A stretch of DNA of 17,537 nt from assembly GCA_018985225.1 (NCBI GenBank), contig JADGIF010000145.1, positions 1 through 17,537 on the forward strand, written 5' to 3'. The DNA comes from Amoeboradix gromovi X-113. Its lineage: Eukaryota > Fungi > Sanchytriomycota. Shown here one piece after another: positions 1 through 8,565 of the stretch (position 1 is the stretch's first letter; each line of letters starts with the position of its first letter). The position numbers and the translations under genes were made by a program. A model generated the notes under the pieces. The model saw only the letters and a list, made by a program, of their open reading frames with translations. It was not told the origin of the DNA and searched no databases.

Positions 1-2
1 AG

Positions 3-242
3 AGTAATGATGCTAGTATAACATTACAAGATGACTCTAGAAAAGAGTACCGTCTAAGAAAATGCACCTTTTGCTTAGATGCTCAAAGACCTCATATATT
101 TGAAAGAGATGCAGGGTCTTCTAGTTTTATTTTGAAAAGAGGAATACAATCAATGAAAGAAAATTGGTATAATAGAAGATCTTTTATTAATGACAGCATA
201 TCCTCCGTATGGAGCACCTCCTACAAAAACGAGTTAGTCTAG
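3..242 (+). CDS. 5'-truncated Fanzor1-like (TnpB/Cas12 superfamily) nuclease C-terminus: Zn-finger half-site plus RuvC-III
   Basis: Frame 3 is open from the window edge to TAG 240-242 and is absent from the ORF track. It translates SNDASITLQDDSRKEYRLRKCTFCLDAQRPHIFERDAGSSSFILKRGIQSMKENWYNRRSFINDSISSVWSTSYKNELV*. The pattern R..YRLRKCxxC-x9-RD...I matches the Fanzor1 layout 'r.L..C..C....RD.NAa.NI', with the RuvC-III Asp retained but NAAxNI diverged. Structured DNA follows the stop. Confidence 0.6.
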   Translation, partial: SNDASITLQDDSRKEYRLRKCTFCLDAQRPHIFERDAGSSSFILKRGIQSMKENWYNRRSFINDSISSVWSTSYKNELV

Positions 243-357
243 TTTTTATATTTGGTGTCCCATGTCTTAAATACAGAAAATCTCTCAGAGGAACAGATTT
301 AAGTTCTTAAAGTTAGCAGCAATGTTTTCGGACACTAAGAAACCGATTCCGGTACTA
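243..357 (+). ncRNA. Candidate omega-RNA scaffold / right end of the left Fanzor element
   Basis: Directly after the stop: stem TTGGTGTCC (252-260)/GGACACTAA (330-338), enclosing CTTAAAT/ATTTAAG and a CTCTCAGAG hairpin, then ACCGATTCCGGT-ACTA ending at 357. The position is typical of Fanzor omega-RNAs. Boundaries are inferred. Confidence 0.45.
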
Positions 358-400
358 CAGGATACACGTGAAAGAAATTTGAAATAAACGTAGATACAAT

Positions 401-871
401 TTATTCTTGACTAACTTTTGATGGTGAGGGGATAATAACCTCAACTTTAGGCTTCTTAGCTTTTAAAACAGCAGTAGTTACATCGTTTTCCGCAGAGCCT
501 ACTTCAGCTTGTTGCGTAGAAGATAAATTAACAGATTCAATGGTAACTTGAGCAATTTCAACTTTACCATCTACTTTTCCTTCAACTACATCAATAGTGG
601 TGGACACGACTTTTGAATCAGGACTGTTTTCGTTAGTTTGATCTTTTTCAGCTAACTGTTCAATAGCAGTGATGCTGGATTCTACAACAGTATTATCGAC
701 GGTTTCACTAGTAGATTCCACTTTTGGTACTGATGTTACAGCTGCTTTTGCATTAGTGATTGTGGAATCAACATCGATCTTCGGAATCTTGCTAGCTACT
801 TCATCATCAACACTTGCTAATCTTTTAGTTGAAATCTGTGCAACTTCCTCTTTTTGTACAGAATTTGACAT
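401..871 (-). CDS. Hypothetical acidic Ser/Thr/Val/Glu-rich low-complexity protein (156 aa)
   Basis: ATG-initiated ORF whose stop is embedded in AATAAA (GAA TAA A), like other genes here. No recognisable domain. Confidence 0.7.
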   Translation of the reverse strand: MSNSVQKEEVAQISTKRLASVDDEVASKIPKIDVDSTITNAKAAVTSVPKVESTSETVDNTVVESSITAIEQLAEKDQTNENSPDSKVVSTTIDVVEGKVDGKVEIAQVTIESVNLSSTQQAEVGSAENDVTTAVLKAKKPKVEVIIPSPSKVSQE

Positions 872-1091
872 GTTTCAAAACTGAAATATAAAAACAACTT
901 TTATACAAAGACGATGTAACGTCAGCGACGCTAAATTACATTCGAGAGGCAATTGCATGAAAATTTACTGATCTAATTTTCCATTCAGAGGCATTAGCAA
1001 TTTAAAATTATGTTGCACATGGCAAAAGTTGATCAGATGTCCTCTAAATTCTCTAAATTGTTATAAAACAGAAATGTTAAGCTTTCGGACA

Positions 1092-1799
1092 ATGAATCCA
1101 AATCAGCAATATACAAACAATGCACAGTATTCGCAAGGCCAAACATATCCTCAGGGTCAATCTGCACCTGCACAATATGGTAATTTGCAGCCTGGTTATG
1201 CTCAAAATCAGCAAGGAATACCTAATCAGGGTCAACAAAGAATGCCTGGTCAGAGCCAGGGGTATGCACAGCAAGGAATACCTAATCAGGGCCAACAAAG
1301 AATGCCTGATCAAAGCCAGGGGTATGCACAGCAAGGAATACCTCAACAAGGTATAGCTCAGCAAGGTGTACCACAGCAAGGAATAACTCATACACAAGGC
1401 TATTCTCAAGGCCATAATCATGGACCTGTTCAAAGTCATGCCCAAGGCCGTGTTCCGCAAGGCTATACTCAACAACCAGGAAACCCACAATATGGACACC
1501 AACAAGGGGTCCCTGTTCAGAAAGGTGAATATTCTCAACAGCATCAAAAACAGTCGATAGGTCAAAAAATTGAGAACTTGATTCCGGGACACAAAAAAGA
1601 ACAACAAGGAATGCAACAGCCAATCCAATCTCAGCCACAGGGGAATCAGCAAGCCAATTATCAACAAGCTAGCATGCAGCCATCTGGATACTACCAGTCT
1701 CATTCAGCTCATAAGCCTACACTAGCTGAAAAAGTGAAAGACAAAATGGGAATGGGTCATGCAGACAGTTCCAAAGGTCATCCTCAAGGGCAGTATTAA
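1092..1799 (+). CDS. Gln/Gly/Pro/Tyr-rich disordered protein with two dehydrin K-segment-like motifs
   Basis: Likely start ATG 1092 (MNPNQQY; the ORF-track start is a TTG). Contains QQG(I/V)P repeats and the motifs KQSIGQKIENLIPGH and KPTLAEKVKDKMGMGH. AATAAA at 1799-1804 overlaps the stop. Confidence 0.8.
   Translation: MNPNQQYTNNAQYSQGQTYPQGQSAPAQYGNLQPGYAQNQQGIPNQGQQRMPGQSQGYAQQGIPNQGQQRMPDQSQGYAQQGIPQQGIAQQGVPQQGITHTQGYSQGHNHGPVQSHAQGRVPQGYTQQPGNPQYGHQQGVPVQKGEYSQQHQKQSIGQKIENLIPGHKKEQQGMQQPIQSQPQGNQQANYQQASMQPSGYYQSHSAHKPTLAEKVKDKMGMGHADSSKGHPQGQY
1209..1343 (+). repeat. In-frame 60-bp coding tandem repeat (2 copies plus a partial)
   Basis: 1209-1268 and 1269-1328 are 57/60 identical, with a partial third copy at 1329-1343. 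Encodes QQGIPNQGQQRMP(G/D)QSQGYA. Confidence 0.95.
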
Positions 1800-1858
1800 A
1801 TAAATATAAATCGATTTTTATTCTGTAAAATTTCTCCGCAGTGGCACAGATTCTCTAA

Positions 1859-2458
1859 TTAATTTCTTTTGATTTCCAGAAGATCCACTTGAATATCCTT
1901 TGATTTAGATTTGTGAAATGAATACGAATTTTCGAGGTTGTACCGAACCTCTGCGAGCACAGTGCACTTTGCGTTTAATGATGCACAATATTTGACTAAA
2001 TGCTCTCGCGTAGATGATTTGTGAAGGCTGTAAACAATAGGACATAGCTCTAATCCTTTCTTAATAAATAGTTTATCAACACCAGGATTCCTGGTACCGA
2101 AAGGAGGATTAAATACGCATATATCACCATTAATACCTGAAAAATGATCTACATCGGAATGTACTGCAGTGATGCTCGAAGCGTCCTCTAATAAGTTAGA
2201 TATATTTTCATTTAGCATCAATAGAGCATTCTTATCTACATCGACAGAATAAACTCTCTTAGCTTCAAGAAGTACGGCTGCGATAGATAAAACCCCGGTA
2301 CCGCAACCAAGATCCACTACAACTTTGTCCTTGACGTTTGCACAGATAATTATGTCACATGCAATGTCTGGGGGAGTCATATATTGCTCTAATTTTATGT
2401 CAGGATTGGCAAAACCCTCAATCTGCTGTACATAAGCTAGCAAATGCTTACGCTTCAT
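1859..2458 (-). CDS. METTL5: 18S rRNA N6-adenosine methyltransferase METTL5
   Basis: N-terminal F.NP.IKLEQYMTP, SAM-binding VDLGCGTG, catalytic NPPFGT, VYSLHKSSTR and C-terminal Y.FHK.KSKDIQVD. Start placed at ATG 2458 (MKRKHL). Confidence 0.93.
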   Translation of the reverse strand: MKRKHLLAYVQQIEGFANPDIKLEQYMTPPDIACDIIICANVKDKVVVDLGCGTGVLSIAAVLLEAKRVYSVDVDKNALLMLNENISNLLEDASSITAVHSDVDHFSGINGDICVFNPPFGTRNPGVDKLFIKKGLELCPIVYSLHKSSTREHLVKYCASLNAKCTVLAEVRYNLENSYSFHKSKSKDIQVDLLEIKRN

Positions 2459-3003
2459 CCCTTGATACACCCTGCTAACGTAACAACTGAAGCGCATTCA
2501 AGACTTTCTGGTAACAGCTAAATTATTCATGCGCAATGAGATAACTATGCATGGCATTCTAAGTTGAGAGCACCGATGCTATTCAAAATCAGACTCTGGA
2601 CAGTATTCACTCGTCCTAAATCTTTAATTAGCTTTCTATTCGGAACATCTAGGTGTCTGTGAACACTATGCCTTGAGCTATAGTCACAGTGAACAGCTCT
2701 GTGTCTTCTTTCACTTTGCACCAATGATGCACGAATTTTGAATACCTCTCATATTTGCAATTCACTGATGACAATTAAAATACCAAATTGGTGAGAGTCA
2801 CAAGAAATGCAGCTGAATAAGTATTTAACCGTTACTAATTTCGCATTGATTAAAATGAAGTGAACCAGTCAGAATTACTCTACAAAACACACTAGCTCCG
2901 GGTCATATTTGAACCATTTTTTGCAAAACCTGTCCTTAAAAATCGACTTTTTGGGAGAATTCACCTTGGTAAAAGCTCATTTGTCACAAGTTGTTTGCAA
3001 GAA

Positions 3004-3024
3004 TGATTGGATGGCCGTGATTGG
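3004..3024 (+). promoter_or_regulatory. Two tandem TGATTGG (inverted CCAAT boxes) upstream of the homeobox gene
   Basis: TGATTGG at 3004-3010 and 3018-3024, 70-90 bp upstream of ATG 3094. Motif match only. Confidence 0.35.
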
Positions 3025-3093
3025 AGTGAAATATATCAATTAATTCCTATTCGTTGCAAACAAATATTAAAAGACGACTCGTCTCTTGAAGTT

Positions 3094-3627
3094 ATGTACT
3101 ATACTAACGAACCCTTTCAAACTCAAAGTCATATGTCTTCTAAAAAACGAAGAAGACTTAATAGTGATGAAACTAAGATTTTGCAAACGATCTTTGAGCA
3201 GAACTCAAAACCGGATGCAATGTTAAGAGGTGCTCTGGCTGATCGATTGGGCATGACTGCTCGGAATATTCAAATCTGGTTTCAAAACAGAAGAGCCAAG
3301 ACCAAGAAGCTGAAAAAGGACAACGTTAGTGACGAGGAGTCAAACTCTCCAACCACTGCAGCTGAATTTGCCAGCATTTTTACTCAGGAGTTCTCTCCGA
3401 CTGAAGACTCAGTTGTGAAGTCGAAAGCTATTTTACCAAAGGTTTATTATCCATCGGAAGTCCATGCAATATGCCCTCAGCCCGAACAAAAAGAGCAAAA
3501 GCCTGCAACAGCACAAACACCAGCTGGACTAAACCCTAACTCAAAGTCATTCGAATTGTCAATGGATTTGTTCAATGAAGTACAATGCAATGAATTTGAT
3601 TTTCTTAATTTTTTGGAGGACTGTTAG
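3094..3627 (+). CDS. Homeodomain transcription factor
   Basis: Homeodomain KKRRRLNSDETKILQTIFEQNSKPD...LADRLGMTARNIQIWFQNRRAKTKK (helix-3 WFQNRR, Q50) and an acidic C-terminus. The first in-frame ATG is 3094; the track start is TTG. Confidence 0.93.
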   Translation: MYYTNEPFQTQSHMSSKKRRRLNSDETKILQTIFEQNSKPDAMLRGALADRLGMTARNIQIWFQNRRAKTKKLKKDNVSDEESNSPTTAAEFASIFTQEFSPTEDSVVKSKAILPKVYYPSEVHAICPQPEQKEQKPATAQTPAGLNPNSKSFELSMDLFNEVQCNEFDFLNFLEDC

Positions 3628-3659
3628 TCACGAATTAATAAATTTCATGTAAATCAAAT

Positions 3660-4064
3660 TTATTTTGTTATTTTCTTTATTAAATCAACAAACTTACCAT
3701 CTGACAAATAGACCACGTTGGTGATCTGCGTTAAATGCTCCCCAAAAAATCTGTCACTCTCTATATGCATTTTTGATTTAATTTGCAGTAAAATAGGCAT
3801 CCAGCTGATTTTCGGAGCCACTATCGAATTATTAGGGAATTTCGAGGAAAATTCCTCGTAGTTTGGCGCTATCATGATATATACTTGGTATTTCTCTTTA
3901 AGGTATTCTATATATGCTTGAACATTCTCTATCAATGCAATCGAATCATTTTTAGACCATATCAAGGTTTCGATATCGATTGATAAGACTGGCAGCTCAT
4001 TGGTATAGTAAAACATCCGATATAAAGCTGCTATTGACAATATTCCTACTGCTACTTTCTCCAT
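3660..4064 (-). CDS. Pex22-like peroxin (N-terminal membrane anchor plus compact alpha/beta domain)
   Basis: Hydrophobic N-terminus (VAVGILSIAALY). 'L...YQVYIM' and 'ILLQIKSKMHIESD' resemble the plant/protist-type PEX22 segments 'DLYLM' and 'VRQLEPDWHIDT'. The stop overlaps AATAAA. The start could be 4097. Confidence 0.5.
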   Translation of the reverse strand: MEKVAVGILSIAALYRMFYYTNELPVLSIDIETLIWSKNDSIALIENVQAYIEYLKEKYQVYIMIAPNYEEFSSKFPNNSIVAPKISWMPILLQIKSKMHIESDRFFGEHLTQITNVVYLSDGKFVDLIKKITK

Positions 4065-4151
4065 GATTATAATTCTACGCTCTAAAATGGGAATCATAGC
4101 GTTTATAATATTTTCATGGTGCTCACATGATGTGATAGATTTTCAGGCCAG

Positions 4152-4196
4152 TTTGGTGTCCAAATCATTTGTCTTACGCAGTAAAATTTAGGACAC
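4152..4196 (+). repeat. Short hairpin resembling an internally deleted copy of 251-335
   Basis: Shares TTTGGTGTCC, TGTCTTA and GCAG.AA..TTT.GGACAC, in order, with the left element's 3' stem. Folds GTGTCC-AAAT/ATTT-A-GGACAC. Confidence 0.4.
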
Positions 4197-4448
4197 GCAA
4201 CTCATTATTTGCCATAAAACTTATTTATTTAGAGGGCTCATTCCATCTTGATTTCTCAATTCACTTAGGTTTATTATTTGAGTACTTTTTATGCACCAAT
4301 CTGGAAATAAATGAAGTCCAATTAATTCTCTTCCTGTCATCCAATGAAATTACACTTGCCCAATCACGATTTCCATAAAATTAAATTAGAGCGAATCATT
4401 CGTTTTTAAAATTCCTTTAAAAAATCTCCGTCCCACGAATCGTCACAG

Positions 4449-5864
4449 ATGAATTCAAACTACCCATTCATTAGCAACAGCAACAACAATCCCAACAAAA
4501 GAAACGTTCTAAGCCCTTTTGATTTTGACTTTTCTCATTTAGCCAACAATATTAATCGAAGTTCTAGCGCACCCCCAACTGAGATAATTGCTCGATCCAA
4601 GTCCCCTAATAGCATGGCAGATGTTAACCCTAATTGGAGATCTCCATCTCCTCAACCATCTCAGTTGATTCAGCAACCTGCCGCTACGTTTGAAGATGTA
4701 CGCACTAATTCGATTCTAAATTTCGCATTGGAGGATTTACCAACAAGAGCTTCTAGTACCCCTCCCCATGAGCTCTCTTACGGAATGCGCCAGCTAAACT
4801 TAGACAAATCTCAATTTAATCCAAAAAGACGAAGTCCTATGCTAGAGGAGTTTCGTTTACATAAAAAAAAATTCGAACTACATGATCTCAAGGGTAGTTT
4901 TAGGGAATTTGCCACTGATCAGCATGGCTCTAGATTTATTCAACAGAAATTGGAAGGTGCTAGTCGCGAGAATCAAAATCTTGTTTTTCAAGAGTTGTCC
5001 ATGGATTCGCTGCAGTTAATGACAGATGTATTTGGTAATTATGTAATTCAAAAGTTCTTTGAATATGGCTCTCCTGAACACAAATCTTTTCTAGTTGGCA
5101 AAATGCAGGGTCATGTCCTCCAACTATCGCTACAAATGTATGGTTGCCGTGTTGTTCAGAAATGCTTGGAATTTGTTAATTTAGACCAGCAATTACTCCT
5201 AGTTGAGGAACTGCGTGGAAATGTATTGCGATGTGTTAAAGATCAAAATGGTAATCATGTGGTCCAAAAGGCAATCGAAAAGATTCCTGGAAATAAAATT
5301 GAATTTATCCTGAACTCGTTCAAAGGCGAAATATTGTCGTTGGCAATGCATCCATATGGCTGCAGGGTTGTTCAACGCATATTTGAGCATTGTTACGATG
5401 ATAAATCCAAAACATTGTTTATGGAACTGCACGATAACTGCCCCCGTTTAATTCAGGATCAATACGGAAACTATGTGGTACAGCATCTACTAGAGCGGGG
5501 AAGAAAAGAAGAAAAAACTAAAATAATTGCTTATGTTCTTCCTAATCTGCTTCAATTGAGCAGGCACAAGTTTGCCAGTAATGTTGTTGAGAAATGTGTT
5601 GTTTTTGGAAGCCACGATGACAGAAAGTCATTTTTAAAAGAGGTGTTAAAGGAAACAAGCGACGGAAAGATATTAGCAGCAATGATGAGGGATCAATATG
5701 CTAATTATGTAGTGCAAAAGATGTTGGATGTATTTGATGATGATATGCGAAACACCTTATTGGAAAATATGAAGAAGAACATCATAGGACTTAAAAAGGT
5801 AACATTTGGAAAGCATTTGATGGCTAAAATGGAGAAATATACGAGTTTAGAGGGAGTTATTTAA
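4449..5864 (+). CDS. PUF3: Pumilio/Puf3-family RNA-binding protein (8 PUF repeats)
   Basis: Eight repeats with canonical recognition motifs SRFIQ, NYVIQ, CRVVQ, NHVVQ, CRVVQ, NYVVQ, SNVVE, NYVVQ (classical Pumilio code for UGUANAUA). N-terminus is low-complexity with RSSSAPP/RASSTPP motifs. Confidence 0.96.
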   Translation: MNSNYPFISNSNNNPNKRNVLSPFDFDFSHLANNINRSSSAPPTEIIARSKSPNSMADVNPNWRSPSPQPSQLIQQPAATFEDVRTNSILNFALEDLPTRASSTPPHELSYGMRQLNLDKSQFNPKRRSPMLEEFRLHKKKFELHDLKGSFREFATDQHGSRFIQQKLEGASRENQNLVFQELSMDSLQLMTDVFGNYVIQKFFEYGSPEHKSFLVGKMQGHVLQLSLQMYGCRVVQKCLEFVNLDQQLLLVEELRGNVLRCVKDQNGNHVVQKAIEKIPGNKIEFILNSFKGEILSLAMHPYGCRVVQRIFEHCYDDKSKTLFMELHDNCPRLIQDQYGNYVVQHLLERGRKEEKTKIIAYVLPNLLQLSRHKFASNVVEKCVVFGSHDDRKSFLKEVLKETSDGKILAAMMRDQYANYVVQKMLDVFDDDMRNTLLENMKKNIIGLKKVTFGKHLMAKMEKYTSLEGVI

Positions 5865-6095
5865 GTTAAAAATAAATTTATTATTGTTATGCATTTTATC
5901 GTGAAATCAACTTAGAAACCTTACATAGCTTGCAATACGTGTGGTCCAAATTGCAAACAAGGCACGTCACTTAATAGCTGATAAAGCAGCTGTTCCTTTG
6001 ATTGCTCATTATGTGCATCAATCAGAACAATTATGCCAATGAATGTTGCTACCTATGATAAAATTTCTCGCTTGTGTTAAGCTATGCTTCAGATC

Positions 6096-6356
6096 TTAAT
6101 TGTCGTACGATATTAATATTCTGATTCTCTCTGTTTGTTGCGCCATTAATGCATCCATGTCTTGTACTATCAATCTGTCAATGAACTCTAATTTTAAATC
6201 TTTCAATTCTCCGGTTATCTTTTTTCTTCTATCTAGCCAGTACTTTTCACGCTTTTCTTGCCGCATCTTTAACATTTTTAACTCGTTGTATATGTTCATG
6301 TTTTTGCATTCTACCTTGCCTTTAAAGTAGTTCAAAAAAATGTGATTGTTAAACAT
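6096..6356 (-). CDS. Possible small basic/helical hypothetical protein; 3' structure uncertain
   Basis: 86-codon ORF with a charged helical character, 17 bp head-to-head with the next ORF. Further open stretches downstream (to ~5921) suggest extra exons or decay. Confidence 0.35.
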   Translation of the reverse strand: MFNNHIFLNYFKGKVECKNMNIYNELKMLKMRQEKREKYWLDRRKKITGELKDLKLEFIDRLIVQDMDALMAQQTERIRILISYDN

Positions 6357-6373
6357 TCCTTGTTTTAAATCTT

Positions 6374-6610
6374 ATGAAAAAAGAGAAAGTTGCATTTCAA
6401 TTAATAGCAAGCATATTAGCAATAGCAATACCGTGTATCATGCACTACAGAAGCAAAAGAAAAATTTTGTACAAATTACAATCGGACAGGTATTTCCTAC
6501 AACGGGCAATTGAAAACCCAAGTCTAGTACCAGAGTACGAGAACGAGTTAAAAACTAAATATTTTAACGCAGAATTATTGTCTTTCGTTGACCAGCCTAT
6601 TTACTCGTAA
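6374..6610 (+). CDS. Small single-pass membrane protein (78 aa)
   Basis: ATG start, hydrophobic VAFQLIASILAIAIPCIM followed by a basic patch, and a stop fused to AATAAA (TAATAAA). Confidence 0.6.
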   Translation: MKKEKVAFQLIASILAIAIPCIMHYRSKRKILYKLQSDRYFLQRAIENPSLVPEYENELKTKYFNAELLSFVDQPIYS

Positions 6611-7051
6611 TAAATCTTTTCCTGTGTAATTAATTTCATATACTAGAAAGTCTGCGAGAGTAGCTCCAACTATGACATGCAGGAAGTGCCTTTGACTTCC
6701 TATATAGTTAATCGAATTTCTTTTATTTCATTGCAAAATAGTAAACAATCGTGCTGTAAGCATGATTTATTGGCGAGATAGCTCAAAGACTCACGTCAGC
6801 AGACATCCGTCAGTTCGAAAAGAATTCAATTTGAAAACTGCCAAATTTTGACAAGTGATCGCATCCTTGTGAATGATAACCCGCCCAGAAATTTAGCTAT
6901 TAAAATTTAAATTTTTTGTCTCAACTATGAGGTAAATTAGTAATTGCACATCTCGTGATGTAATAAAATCATAAAATTAAAGTATTTTACTGATCACGGA
7001 AAAAGTATACTTTTCTAACTTTTTAAAAAATCTTGAAACATTTCAATAAAA

Positions 7052-7672
7052 ATGAAAACCTCCCATATTGAAGCATCTATAGAGAATCTTTCCACAAATT
7101 TAGTACATCATCAACATGAGTTAATAACAGAAAGAGAGCAGGGTTTACAATTGGAAAAGATAACACCAGCAATGCAACAGAAAATAAGAAAGAAGATAAA
7201 CAACTGCTATCATTTTGGAGTAAGTATAGCACCTATATTAGAGAACACAGATCACTTGTCCTATCTAAGATCTTTGTTAATATTTACTCAAGAGTGGGAT
7301 GATTTATTAAATAGTGGTCATACCTGGCGTAGAGTTAAAAGGAAAGCAAATGGAAGTAACAAGCCTGATGTGACCATGCCAATGGTAGATATCGGTAAAA
7401 GCGTTACGGTTAACAGCCATATGAGCTATTTAGAGTGTCCCCATATACCGTTTGATTTAGACCCAATGCTTACATTTAGTTTATACTTGGATATTCAGAT
7501 AGACATGTATGCTAGAATCATTCAAACCATACAAGAAGTTGGGTTGTGGATGACCCACAATGAGGAATTGCCTAAAAGAGACATTGACAAGACTTGGATT
7601 TGGGTTGAAGATTCTCAAAAGGTTATTGACCATCGCATCATGGTATTAATTTCTTATATAGAAGACTTTTAG
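7052..7672 (+). CDS. Conserved-looking fungal uncharacterised protein; termini uncertain
   Basis: Motifs YHFGVSIAPIL...YLRSLL...EWD and YLECPHIPFDLD...TF...DI...Y resemble an uncharacterised fungal family (recalled, not searched). Possible short introns at both ends. Confidence 0.7.
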   Translation: MKTSHIEASIENLSTNLVHHQHELITEREQGLQLEKITPAMQQKIRKKINNCYHFGVSIAPILENTDHLSYLRSLLIFTQEWDDLLNSGHTWRRVKRKANGSNKPDVTMPMVDIGKSVTVNSHMSYLECPHIPFDLDPMLTFSLYLDIQIDMYARIIQTIQEVGLWMTHNEELPKRDIDKTWIWVEDSQKVIDHRIMVLISYIEDF

Positions 7673-7809
7673 GCTGATTCAAAAAGAAATACACAACCTC
7701 AATAAAGCTTAGATAAGTAAATTACCAGGTTTACTTCACTATCTTTTGTAAACAATGAGTCATAATCTTAACTTGATTGTATTTTACCCCAGAAGATTCT
7801 CCATTATCC

Positions 7810-8565
7810 TTAACTCATATCCGGTTGATTTCTGATAATGTCTACTTTGTTTGGCGAAAACGTAAAATAGGGAGCCATAAAATAACCACATTTGCAACTT
7901 CTACCTTGCCATAGATAGGAGCCAATCTTGCATTCACACCTGGGACAATGCAACTTGCCTTGAACTTGCTCCACAATCATCCACTGCATCGGTTCGATTA
8001 GAATGTTTCCATTACACTTTTGATGATCACAGTCTTTAATGAAAATGGCCAATTTTCTTCTGCATTTCTTGCACTTTATCAGAGGTAAATTTGGAAGTAC
8101 GGATAAATGTTCAGGGTCTTCGCCAAAATCATTAAGGGTCAACCTACTCTGTTCTCGATTTTTTAAACTAACCCATGACTTAAATCTACGATATTGCGAG
8201 TTCCAAATATCTAACTTGCCGTTCATTGATTCGAATAGCTGCAATTGAAACATAAAACCACTGTTGATATTCATTTGAGGTCTAATAGACTTACAAAAGG
8301 ATAGTGCATCTTTTAGAGACATTGAATCTACACCAATTAGATAGGCAATCAAGAACGAACATGATCTAGACATTCCTGCTTGACATTTAAACAAAATGGA
8401 GAAATGGCGATGACAAAAATCATTGGATTGTTGAAATAAATCGATTATGTTAGCAGATGGTAAGTCCAGAACGTCAAAATTCAAGTCTCCATCGCCCAAA
8501 AAGCTCACAGTTACATCAAATCCTTCTTTAGAAGTATTTATATCGCCAACAGATAGATTTTTCAT
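7810..8565 (-). CDS. YVH1: Dual-specificity phosphatase Yvh1/DUSP12 (60S maturation factor)
   Basis: CX5R loop KCQAGMSRS, IRP..NINSGF..QL, and a C-terminal Zn domain CKKCRR...IEPMQWM...GKLHCPRC..KIGSY.WQG..CKCG..PYF. Confidence 0.92.
   Translation of the reverse strand: MKNLSVGDINTSKEGFDVTVSFLGDGDLNFDVLDLPSANIIDLFQQSNDFCHRHFSILFKCQAGMSRSCSFLIAYLIGVDSMSLKDALSFCKSIRPQMNINSGFMFQLQLFESMNGKLDIWNSQYRRFKSWVSLKNREQSRLTLNDFGEDPEHLSVLPNLPLIKCKKCRRKLAIFIKDCDHQKCNGNILIEPMQWMIVEQVQGKLHCPRCECKIGSYLWQGRSCKCGYFMAPYFTFSPNKVDIIRNQPDMS

Noticed and set aside
1209-1343. CRISPR-like array
   Set aside because: Contiguous in-frame coding repeat without unique spacers.
669-1703. ORFs 669-884(+), 1077-1703(-), 1120-1356(+) and 1282-1638(-)
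   Set aside because: Antisense or alternate-frame shadows of low-complexity, repetitive real genes.
6772-6820. tRNA-like A-box/B-box (GGCGAGATAGCTCAA...GTTCGAA)
   Set aside because: No D-stem, T-stem or acceptor-stem pairing, and the box spacing is too short.
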